Shown one piece after another: positions 1-11,900 of a DNA stretch of 64,000 nt. Origin of the DNA: Cyanophora paradoxa CCMP329 (lineage: Eukaryota; Plantae; Glaucophyta); contig QPMI01000071.1 in assembly GCA_004431415.1 (NCBI GenBank), positions 434,001 through 498,000 of the forward strand. The letters run 5' to 3'. The position numbers and the translations under genes are program-made. Positions within the stretch are counted from its first letter, which is position 1, and each line of letters begins with the position of its first letter. The notes beneath the pieces were generated by a model, which was given only the letters and a program-made list of their open reading frames with translations, searched no databases and had not been told where the DNA came from.

Positions 1-3000
1 CCGTTGCCGCAATCGTTCTTCGCGTTTTCATCGGCTCTGACGGAGGCTCGCCCATCACGCGAGCCGTCGGAACCTGCTCCGTTGCCTCAGACGGGCCGCA
101 ACAGGATGCGTTTGGCGGCAGCATGTCACCGTCGAACGCAACTGTCTACTCGACTACTCTCGTCCAAGAGCTGCAGGGCACTGCTGCTTCGCCCTGGGTA
201 GAGATGCGGGTCAGCGGGGTGTATCCCGCTTTGCGCTACACCTGTACCGCGGCGGTTGCGAACGCCGTCGGTCTCTCTCCTACAATGCAGGCGTTCCCTA
301 CAATTATTTCTGTGCCATCGGATGCTCCGTTTCCGCCAAGCGCCGTTCAGATTATTGCATTCGACTCTCGCTCCGTCGTGATCTTCGTCGAGCTCGGCTA
401 CAACGGGGGCAGCGACATCAAGTCCGTGACGGGACGCTGTGCGGCTGCAACGTTAACACTTCAGGTTCGAGCTGCTTGTGAAGCGTCAACGTTCGAGCTG
501 CGTCCGCTAAAGTGCATCTCCCGTTCAGGCACCGGATGTTGTGGCGAGCTCGTCCGTGCTGCTGGCCCCGGGGACCCGCCTGATCGAGCTCAACGTCTCT
601 GGTCTCGTGCCTGCCACCGAATATAACTGCAGCGCCTCCGCTGCAAACAGCGTCGGCGAGTCTGACGGATCCTCACCGGTGCAACTCCGGACAGCGGCAG
701 AGCCTCCGTCCCCGCCGGCCGCCGTCACTGTTGCTGTCGCGAATTCGCGGTCTCTGCGTTTCTCTGTCAGGCACGGATCCGACGGGGGCAGTCCAATCCT
801 CAACTTCACGCTCTCATGTCGACTTGTTATCGCGGGCGATAATCCCGCATCGTTTGCCGAGACTACGGTACCGGTGCCCGTGGGCGCGACAGATGGCATC
901 GGGCAGCTGGACAAGCTGATCCCAGGGCGGCCATACGCGTGTGCGGGGTTCGTTATCAATGCCGTCGGCGCTTCGCCCTCCACCGCCGCCTTCCCCGCAA
1001 TTGTTGACACGCCCCCCGAACTGCCTGCGGCACCGGCCGCCGTCTCCACTCGCGCGGCCTCCTCCCGCGTTGTGGCCGTCAGCATTGGTTTTGGCTTCGA
1101 CGGCGGCAGCGCGCTGCTCGAAGTCATCGCCTCCTGCGTGCGGCTCCCCGAGGCCGCCTGCCCTGAGATCCGGTCCGCCGCCACCACCATTCCGGCGACC
1201 GGCACGGCCTCGCTCTTGGTCAACGTGTCAGGGCTGTGGCCCGCCTCCGAGTTCCGCTGCAGCGCCCACGTAAGGAACGACGTCGGCGCGTCCCCGCCTT
1301 CTTCGGCTGCTATCACCGTCCAAACCCCCGCCGAGGAGCCGGCCGCGCCTCAATCGGTTGAGGTCGTTGCGGCGAGCTCGACGGTCTTGCAGGCGAGAAT
1401 CGCGCCAGGCTACGACGGCGGCTCGGCCATCACTAGCTGCATCGTCACGTGCAGAACTCGAGACGCAACCACTGCTTCCAACAACTCGTCATCGGTATCA
1501 GCCGCGTCGGTAAATCAAGCCATCACAGTCGAGAAACGCTTCTCCCCCTCGACCCTCTCGGACCCCATTCTCGTGAACGTCACGGGCCTGCGCCGGGCTA
1601 CGGGCTACGCCTGCAGCGCGCAGCTCGCGAACGACGTCGGGCCATCCCCGTCTGTAGAAGCCGCTCCGCAGCGGACGCTCTTGGAGGCGCCGGGGCGGCC
1701 GACCGTCCTTGTGGAGGCCCAGGAGGCGACGGTCGGCCTCACGTCGACGAATCTTCGTGTGACAATCGCCGACAACGGCGGCAGCAACGCTGTAGCCGTT
1801 CGCGCCGACTGCGCGAGCACCTCGGACTCAGTGTCGGCCGGGCCCGTCGGCATCGCCGTCGGGGCGGACGCGTACGCGCTGCTTACTGTGCGGAAGCTGA
1901 CCTCGGGCCTCTTCTACTGCTGTTCCGTGTACACCGAGAACGAGGCAGGGCGCTCGCCCGACCGCAGCGTCTGCTTCGACACGCCCATACAGGCATGATC
2001 ATGACAGCTCTGCGCTGTCAGTCTTTTTCGCGGGTTGGTTACCGATTTCGCAGGTCCAGATCGTGCTGCAGATGAACTTCGCGAACTGGACGTCGAAGGC
2101 TGAGGCGCAGCTGATCGACGTGCTCGCAAACTCGGTGCTGCGCGTCGACAGGAGCCGCATTCGCGTCGCCGGAGTCGCCCCGTGTGTTTTTCGCGCCCTG
2201 CCTGGTAATTCCATGACCAACCCTTGATTTTGCTTCAGGGGGAGCACGATCGTGAAGCTGGATCTCTTCTCGGATATCGCGGCGTTGCAATCGTCGACTA
2301 TCGGTTCGAAGCGTGATATCGCTTAATCATGACCCTCTCAAATAATCTGACATTGCGTGGCCATGGCCAGACAAAACGAACTCGTCAGCGGCGGGCCTAG
2401 AGACGAGCTCTTCAAGCTCCGCTTACAAGACAGGCGCTTTTGATTTCCTCTCGAGCTCGGTTCCATGTACCGATATTGATAACGCCTCACCGTGTTTTGC
2501 AGGGGCGGAGCTGTCGGAGGCGCTGAAGCAGGCCTACTCGAGCAGCGCACTCCGCGACGCCCTTGCCCCGCTCGGCTCTGACTTCGAGGTTAAGAGCATG
2601 GTCCAAAGTGCGCTCAGCGGCTATGAGGGCGCTTCTAGGTCGGCAATAGTTTTGATTCCAACTCGCTTCTCGTGCAGACGGCGTGGAGGTGGCGGCCCCG
2701 TCGGCAGCCTCCGCCTCGGGTGGGCAGGGCCTCTCGGCCGGGGCGCAGGCGGGCATCGGGGCGGCGTGCGGGGCGGCGGCGCTGCTGGCGGCGGCGGGCG
2801 CGGCGGTGTACGTGCGGCAGCGGGCGCGGCGGCGGGCGCTGGAGGCGGCGCGGGCAGCAGCCGTGAAGGCGGTGGAGCGGGTCGGACCTGGGGGTCCTCA
2901 TTCACAGCCACCTTGAAGCCTCCGGCATGTGCGAGTGCGTCCGCATGGTCGACGATTTCGCCCTCGAGGAAGCGGATTTGGAGGATAAGGGGGAGGGCAC

Positions 3001-4842
3001 CGCGGCCACGGCCGGCGGCGATCGCGAAGGCTCTGCAACAGCAGAGACGCTGGGGACGCGGGCACTGGCGACGGCGGCGTCGCTGCTGGAGGGCCTGGAC
3101 GTTGTCTGCAGCGTGGAGCGGCCGGCGACTGCGGCGGAACGGGCCCTCGAGTTCCTGCACTCGGCCCACTGCCTCGTCATCGTCATCTCCCACGACACTG
3201 TCCAGGACCCCGCCGTGCGTCGCCTCCTCTGAAGCTTGAAATTCGAATTTCCGCGACCGCCGACGCCGCGCACAGGTGCGGGAGCAGGTGCTGCGGGCGC
3301 ACGCGCTGCAGAAGAACATCGTTCCGGTGGTGATGGCCGACTTCGACTGGCGCTTCCCCGAAGAGCTCGAGGCCATCCAATTCTCCCGCCTCAACGCCAT
3401 CAGGCGCGGCCTTCCTTTAATTCGGGCTCGCTTTCCCTATTGACTGTCGCCATCGCCGCAGCTGGAGCCACGAGCACCAGGAGAGCGTGCTGGCGAAGAT
3501 GGCGGCCTTCGTGCGGCACGGCCTCGTCGAGGCCGCCCCCGACGCCGCCCCCGCCGACCCCGCCGACCTCGCCATCGACGTCTTCTCCGAGGCCGACCCC
3601 GCCGAGGGCCCGGCGGAGGGCAGGGCGCGGCCCGGAGCGGGCGCCGGCGCGGATGCGCCGGCATCCGGCGCGGCCGCCCTGTCGGGGCTCGAGCTGCTCG
3701 GCGGCCTGCAGCTGCCGCCCAGCCGCCGCGTCCAAAGCAATGCGAGCCTTGGTCTGGGCACGGCGTCCACGTCCCTGGCTCCGTCGCCCTATCCGCTTCC
3801 TGAGAATATCAGGATCGAGGCGCCGGCCCCTCCGGAGCCAGCCCTTCTCGCCCCTGGAGCTGGCCCGCCGGCCGGCCCCGCGTTCTTCCACCCGACGCCG
3901 CCCCTGCAGCTGAGCGCGGAGGACATGCGAAACCTCGCCTCCCACACCGTGCGGCCCACTCACGTCTTCATCAGCTACCGCCGCGCCGGCGGCTCCGAGC
4001 TCGCCGCCAGTGCGTGAACCGAGATTCAAATTTCGCGTCTCCGGATCCAGAGTCCTTCGATTCGCTGACTCGGTGAGATTTCGCAGCCCTCAAGATGAGG
4101 CTCGACGAGCGGGGCTACCAGGCTTTCCTCGACGTCAAGAAGTGCGCATGCGCCTTATGTATAGCTGGGCCCGGCGGCCTCGCCCGTGGGGGCGTGGCCT
4201 CGGCCATGCCAGCTCTAGATCTGACCCCTCCCTTCGATCGGCAGGCTGGAGAACGGCCCCTTCGACCAGCAGCTGCTGGGCCACCTGCACGCCGCGCCCG
4301 CGTTCCTCAGCATCCTCACGCCGGGCTGCCTCGACCGCTGCCGCAGCCCCTACGACTGGGTCCGCTCCCTGCCCCTCCTTTTGAATTTGACACCCCTACC
4401 GGTCCGATCTCCTCCGGATGATCAGGTGCGGAAGGAGATCGCGCTGGCGCTGATGGAGAGGAAGAACATCATCGTCCTGAAGAAGCGGGGCTTCGTCTTC
4501 CCAGAGCAGGCACGCCCGGCCCGCCCCCTCTTTCCAGTTCCTTTCATAAATAGCCAATAGCCACGGCCATATACATATAATTTTCTGGTCCAAGCCTGAG
4601 CGGATCGGCCGCAGATGCCGCCAGACATCGCGGGGCTGCGCGAGTGCGCGCAGACCCTCGAGTGGACCGCCGCCGCCCGCGTCTCGGTCCTCGAGGTCCG
4701 CCGGGCGCGGGTTGAGGCGCCGCTGAACTTCGGAGTATTTTACAAATTTAATGTCGCCCTCTGATTCCGGGCTTGCCCGCAGGCAATCGTGGGCATCCTC
4801 GGGCCGCCCTCCAAGCTCCCCTCGAGCGCCGGCGCTTCTTGA
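1..4842 (+). CDS. Multi-exon type-I receptor (5' end outside window): >=6 FN3 repeats, SEA-like module, TM helix, degenerate TIR, SARM1-like TIR
   Basis: FN3 repeats with DGGS(P/A)I, L.P.T.Y.C and N.VG.SP motifs (3-1990). RIRVAGVAPGSTIV after splicing (2054-2275). TM AGIGAACGAAALLAAAGAAVYV followed by RQRARRR (~2750-2835). Spliced TIR2 reads HVFISYRRAGGSELAATLKMRLDERGYQAFLDVKKLENGPFDQQLL...LTPGCLDRCRSPYDWVRKEIALALMERKNII. TGA at 4840-4842. The junction just after the TM (~2850-2907) is ambiguous. Confidence 0.9.
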
Positions 4843-5956
4843 TCATCCCAAATGCATCTTGAAACAGTAGGCAGTAGAGCGTCTTTTTGGCAAACTAGAT
4901 TCTGAGAACTAGGCTAGTGGTGCGTTATGCGATTTGTCATTATCAGCTCTTAATCGAAAGCAGCCAGTGAGTTACCGTCGAACTCTCAGCCGTCGATAAT
5001 AAAGATTCATGGCCGACGCAGCTGCGGGGCTGTCCTGGGCGGAGCGGCCGACAGGATCTGCAGGCCCAGCGCACCCGCGGCCCGTGTGGCCTGCAGCTGG
5101 ACCGGGACGGCGGCCGCTGTGAGCACGCCTCGATCGCGAGCTCGCGCCTCGGGCTCCAGATCCCCACTCAGCCCCCCCGAAGGCCCCCCGTCCTCGAAGG
5201 CCCCTGAAGGACCCAGCCCTATACATAGCTAGCCCTAGTGCTCGAGACTGCTGCTCCCGACCGGGAGCCTCGGAGATCTAGAAACGTTAACGGCCGGCCC
5301 CCATCCCCCCCTCTCCCCCCCCTCTCCTCTTCCTCCTTCCTCCTCCCCTCCTCCCCCCCTTCGATTCCTGCCTTCCCGCCTGCCATCCCCCCTTCACCCC
5401 CCCCCCCTTCTCCACCTTCTCCCACCTTCTCCCTTACCCCTCGCCCCCCTTCCTGCCTTCCTGCCTGGAGGGGGAGGGGGGGGGGGGGAAGCGTTTTGGA
5501 TTTGTAGGAGCCAATTTTGCGCAATCCTCGATTTTCCCTCGCTTCCCCCCCCCCCTGCCATACAAACCGAGTTGTAGGGACCGACTTTTTTTCGCGAGCT
5601 GTGACTCCAGCCACATAATTTTTGTTTTGCAAAAGTGGACGTCGCATTGATACACCACGGCACATGTATCAATGTTCTACTGCTGCTTCCAGGCTGGCGC
5701 TCATGATCATTGCGGGACGAAAAATGTCGCATAAATGTCGCATAAATAAAAATGCGGCGCCGCACAAAACAATAAATATGGCAAATATACGTTCACTTGC
5801 AAATCTCTTGCAATTGCAATCTACCCAATACTCCAGACGCATGAATGCTGTAAAATGCTACCGTAGCTACATCAGCTTGCAGCAGGCGCACATAAATAAA
5901 AAATATGATAACCACTTTTACTCGCAAATCGCTTAACGTGAAATGAAATGTCTATG

Positions 5957-8900
5957 CTAATGATTCTTGCCCCCGGTGGGCCTCCGGGCCTCCTCCGCCT
6001 CGAGCTCGACCGCTCTGGCGCTCGCGACGAACCCCGGGGGCCGCATGACCTCGCGCAGGCCGCGCTCCGCCCGGCGCGCGTCCTCAAGGGCGCGGGCCGC
6101 CGCCAGCGCGCCCAGATCCTCGGCGGTGTCCTCCGGCTCCGGCTTCGGATCCCCGCTAAGGTTAGGCCGTCGAATAACTGGACGGCTTTGCGGCTGCAGA
6201 GGGCTGCCGCGACTGAGCTCGGCTTCCTCTATTCCAATATGGTCGACGTCCTCCGTGGAGCAATCGTTGCGAGCCCGATCGCGATTTGGCGCTGAGTGGA
6301 GAGGCGGCAGCCGCACTGTCCTCAATTGCAAGCCGCTCAATCTCGATCCAGCCGCCGTGCTCGGCTGCATGCTGCGCTCTAGCTGTCCGGGTCCGTCTTT
6401 CAGCCTTCGAGTGCCGGCCGCGGCGGCGATTATATTCGATGGAAGTCCCGCAATCCCTGCAGCTGCCGGCTGCAAACCCACTTGCTCGTTTGTCGGATCG
6501 GATCCACATTCGCGTTGCTGCGATGGTGATCGCAAGCAAATCAAAGAAAGGTATTTCAAAAACCCGAAAACCGAATCGCATATATATAAAAGCTTGACGC
6601 ACTTTCTTTGCATGCGCAGGCTTAGCTGGCTTTGCGGGCTCTTGTCTAAGCGCTGCAGATGGAGATGGAGATGGCGCAGCCGGCGGGTGCGCCGTGGTCG
6701 GCGAGGGTACTGGCACCGCGGTTGGCTTCGATGGACGCGGATCCCGAGCGACGCTTGGAACGGAGATAGTTGGTGGCTGGGCCGGCTTGGAAACGATTTT
6801 ACTGCCTGGCCCGGGTCGCTTGAAACCCGAGTTCGAGCCTCCGCCGGCGCCACTCGAAACTGCAGGAGTAGGCCTCGCGATCGCCGCAGACTTGGAAGCC
6901 GCACCCAGGGCTGGACTAGGACTCGCTATGATTGCGGATGGCCACTGATCTGATTGCAAAGCTGCTGAGGCTGCGGCTGGCGGTTGCAGACCGAAATTGC
7001 TGGGGGGCAGAGGACGAGGCTGAACTGGGGCGGCGTGCGCGTGGGGGCCCCGAGCACCCTCGAGATCTCTTCGAACCGTCTTCTCAAACGATTCGAGCTC
7101 CGCCTCGGCACGCAAGTGCAAGCGCCGCTGCATCTCCAGATTCGCCTTGCCCTCGAGCTCGGCGTGGGCGATCGCGATCTGCTGCCGCTGGCCTCGGTGA
7201 CGCATCTTGCAAAGCAGCACGCCGCAGACGCAGACGAGGAGGGTTGCGCCCCCGCCCACGCCGCTAGCAATTGCGATGACGTTAGCCGGCAGCTGGCTCT
7301 GATCGGCAGCGGCAGGGTCCGCGGGGATCGTTTTCGACGGCGGATTGACAATCGAGAGCCCAGGGGCTGATGGCGGGGTAGGAGTTGGGCTGGCTTTGGA
7401 GCCGGAGCCCGAGCCCGCGGTAGCTATAGTCGACGTCGTAGCCCCCGCATCCGAGTTGCTCGCCGGGCTCGGCGACGGGTTCGGGTTTGGGAAAGGCCGT
7501 GCGCCCGGCAGTGCCAGCACGGGATCCGGCGGTGCTGCCTCGACTGCAATGAGTCGCAGGTCTAAAGTATGCACCATTAATATTTTAGGCCAGATCTAGA
7601 GCTCGCTTGCGCACCTCGGACGGATCCGGCCAGAAAAGGAAATTCAGGCCCTAGGTCGAAGAGACCAGCATTGATTTGCGCATCCACGCTCCACGCAATG
7701 TACTCTGCCGACACATTGTTTTCGTCAGGATGAGATTCCAATACCTGCGCACGCCAAATCACTGATAATTCAGGAGGGGGTTATAAACGAATTAGCAATG
7801 CCACAAACTTGCCTCCAATTCGACAATAGTGCTGCCCGATCGACTAGATATTATTTTGATACGCTCAAGCAATATCTGTGGTGCTTACATATCACAATCA
7901 CGCAGGCGAGAACTTTGACAATAGTAATTTTGCGCGCACACGAAGTGATCTTGCAAGAATATTCAAGAGTCGATACTCGGCGTCAGAGCTATAGTCACTC
8001 CATTCGCTAAACTTGTAGTCAAATGCGAGGGCCAGCAGAGCCGAAGAAGCTTTGATGGACGTATTCTGACCAGAAAGAGCTGTAATATTCGGTATTAAGG
8101 CTTGTACGGGGGACAAATCTGCGCATGCACACGGATCGCTGCAATTCATCCAAGCTGATCATGAGTTTAATATAGGCGCGTGTTTGCACCTCCGTTCGCA
8201 ACCTTCAAGTGTACCTGTATTGCAGCTACATGAGCCAGTCGCCTCGGAATCGACCACACGCTGGAAACATTTTCAGAAACATCCATCTCAAATACGAAGT
8301 ACAAAGTCACGGCGGCTGTCCTCACAATTGACGCATTCGCATAGACAGTCATTCCAAAGAGGCTTCCAGCGGGAACTTGCGAGACCCAAGCAGCAGGCCA
8401 GATATAGGAGCGCGCTTCTTCTGGAAAAATATCTATCGTCAAATTCGCAGCACTGTTTCCTGGATTCGACACAAATACTGTTGCATTCAAAGGCATCTGC
8501 ATCAGTGTTGACCGAAATCGAATGGATCGCGGCCCAGCAAAAATAACTGGTGCTGCGAAAGGTTACAAACGTGTTGGTCGAGTCCAAAGTTCGAAATGCG
8601 TAAACACGATCGATATAACAGACCTGAAAAAAGCCACTCCTGCGAAGAGTCCCAAGTTTGCTGTTTGGAGTCCGACTCTAAAACTCGCCGTGATCGGGGC
8701 GCGATTTCGTTCAGATTACAGGTAGTTCTAGGCTTCCGCTGATCTCTGTTTAGCTCGCGGTAGACAGATTTGCGATATGCATGAACACCATGCAATTCCA
8801 AGCCGGTCGCAACCATCTGATATGGTTTCGAATCTTCCAAGTAGTCTTGTATACGTAAGAAGTTAAGCTTTCGGCGCCGACAGCCAAGCCGACTGCAAAA

Positions 8901-11900
8901 GAATTTTTTGGCCGCCTGATACTTCTCTTTTGCGACGACTGGGACTTTCGATAATGTAGAGGATATCGCAGAGAGGACAGGCGCCGTAACCTGCTTCACG
9001 GTTTGAACGGCGTTGCTGACAGCCGAGACGGTACTGTGCGCAGTATCGACAATGGTGCTGACAGCCGAAGTGGAAGCTCTAACAAGCCTGGGATCCACCG
9101 CCTCCACGATGAGCGAGGTATTCGCTGCCATCTTCAGGCACCCTAAAGAAGTGTCTCCAGGTTCACACGGAAGATATCGAGGGCCTGAGACGTGGACATA
9201 CTCGTTCACGAACTTTTCCGGCGGAAGGAGTGAGACAATGTCGAAATAGTCATTGTCTGCTGAGCATCGAACGTATTGCGTGATTTGAATTCCAGATCCT
9301 CTAAAGAGGTTGGCGAAAGTTGAATCTCCGGGCTTCGGGGCACCGAAGGTGAAAACTCTTATCTTAGTGGCGATCTGGTTGATAGGCTGACACGACGATG
9401 ACCATAGAATGTCGAGAGCGGCCAATGTGGCGAGGGATGCACCCCTTGAATGTCCTGATCACGAAAAAGCAGCCCATCCGACGACGTCATCGATTAGAGC
9501 GAATCGAAAATATATAGTACACCGACGTCGACTCTCATACCTGTGATAACGAGCTGTTGTATTTCAAATTCGCGCAAATTGCAGATGGCAGCTGAAATGG
9601 ACGCCCGGTGACTGAGAGTCAACCATGAATTAGCACATATAACATTTGCGAGCATCATGATCAAATCTCACGTAATTTAGATTTATCAACTAACAGTCAG
9701 ATCGATCAAAAACATTTGCGAAACAATGGAGCTCACGTCGTGTACAAATCCCAGAAGATACGTGCAACTTTGCCGCACATGCGACCAGACATTTGACACT
9801 GTGCTGAGCTTATAATTGTAGTACCCATCAAGTTCTTCATGTGCTCTGTAAAGCTGTCTTCAGTTCCTAACAAGATTCTCAACTCAGTGCGAGAATGAAG
9901 AGTCGGTGGCGAAAACGTGCGAATATATACCTTTGAAAACCAGATAAACGAAACGATTGCTCTGGTCCAAGTACAGCGCAGCGTCGATACTACTGGATGT
10001 CCAAGTCGATTTCCTTTGAAGCGTTGCACAGCCATAAGAAACAGTATTCGGCAGTAGCGATGAGTCGTAAACTCGAGCGGAAAGATCGGCGGCAATTGCA
10101 GCCATCTCAGAGTCCGATATTTTGCCATCCGAATCAGTAGCTGTTGCAACGGATCCGGAGCTCGGCGTAGTCGGCGTATACGTAGCGATCGGCGCCGGCA
10201 CTAAAAACGGAGCACTCCGGGCCAGAGTCTCATAACTGTACGCTGGATAACTCCCTGACTCTCTCACATACCGGCATTCAATCTCGCCAGAGGCCGACAG
10301 TGGCGCTGTTAGCTCAAACACGCCTGCACGCGTGCTCGTGGATTCCAGAATATATTGCGAGACGGAGAGGAAGGTTTGCATTTTCAACGATGCATCCGAT
10401 GAAGCCAGTGCAAGGAAGTCTTTGGTACGGTGGACTGAATTCAAAGAGCCTGTATTATCATAAGCGCAAGTAACTTTGCGATCGGCTTCAACTGAGAATG
10501 ACTTGGCGGAAACGCTCAACGCCTGCTCGACACGTGCACGCTCTGATGCATATGCTCAGTAAGTCACCATCAAGCTCATCTATAAATCAAACTATTCATT
10601 TCTGCTCACTGGTAATAGTGATAATTGTGCTCCTTGCTTTGAGCTCAAAAGATCTGAAAAGCATATCGCCCGATCCGGAGCTGCGAAGATAACGGCATTC
10701 GTAGGGGCCCTCCGCATCGTTGGGGACGGCAACAGACACCGAGCCGGAAGCCGACGACACAAACGAGTACGTCGAATCAAGCGGCCCCCGCACCGCTGGC
10801 GACAGAGAGTGGAGGAGGCCTACGAGGTCCCCTTCGGCCCAGGCGCCCTCGCTGGAGGAATACGTGCAGGTAAAACTCGAGCCCGAGACAGCGGAGGCTG
10901 CAGAGGACGTGACAGAAAACGAAGGACTCGGTACTGCGTTTGAAAAGCGAAGTTATTAGGAAGCATGCGCAAGGTCTAAATCTGGAGCTCCAAGACATCT
11001 GACCTGAGACGGAGATTGGAGAGCCTCTGCCCAGTAAAGTGTATGCAAAGACATGCGCTGATGCTGAACGCCGGAACACCCGGCACTCGTACCAGCCTTC
11101 TATGCCGGAGGGCGTCTGAAGGCTGATTTGGGTCGGTCTAGTCGGCAAGGGCGAGGGAATGGAAACAAAGTCGACGGCGCTGTTGCTGTAAAGCGCGACC
11201 TCTGCCGCGAATAGGCCGATAAACAGCTCCCCGGCTGGGCCCGTGTAGAACCCAGCATTGCTGGAGTATGTGCAGCGAAGGGCGCGGCCGGCTACAGCGG
11301 GAACAGCTGGAGAGACTGTCGGAGCGCTGACGTCGAACTGAAGAGGCGGGGTGCCGGGCTTGATTGTTCCGGGGAGCGGGGCCGTTATGTTGAACGAAGC
11401 GCTGCGGTTCAGCGAAGAATAAGTGCCGTCCGGAGCGCGTCTCACGTATCGACACTCATGCCACCCGCGGCTCTCCCATGGCACGTAGAATTCGATGCTC
11501 CCCGTCGCGCGAGAAAGGGGACCCGAAGCCTCGAATTGCGCGAGCGATGCCGCGGGCCCGGACGCGCTCGCACCGACCGGGAACACGCCGACCAGATCGT
11601 GCAAGGCCGGAGTCCAAGCGTTCGGGCTCGTCACCCAGGAACAGGAGAGCAACGAACCCGCGGGAACACTGAGCGAGCTCGAGGCTTGCGTAGAGGCGGA
11701 AACGATGTAAGAGTAGACCGGCGCTGAAGAAGCTTCAGGAATCGAGTATTAAATATTCTCGGACGAAAATCGGACGAACCTGTTATGTTGAAAGCCGTGC
11801 TGCGGGAGAGTGTCCGGTAGAGGGCCGGCGGGCCTGACTGGTACTTCACGAATCGGCACTCGTACACCCCTGGAGAGGTGCTGAAGGACAAAGAAAAATC

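Noticed and set aside
525-1316. Long antisense and alternate-frame ORFs here and throughout (e.g. 15554-16609, 51294-52028, 56291-57337)
   Set aside because: They are shadows of real exons in stop-poor GC-rich DNA, low in complexity and without domains.
5220-5900. Possible transposon remnant between the TIR and lipase genes
   Set aside because: Only one short end-like motif; no paired TIR or TSD was found.
8500-10140. Lipase as an EDS1/PAD4 orthologue
   Set aside because: It is predicted extracellular and no EP domain is recognisable.
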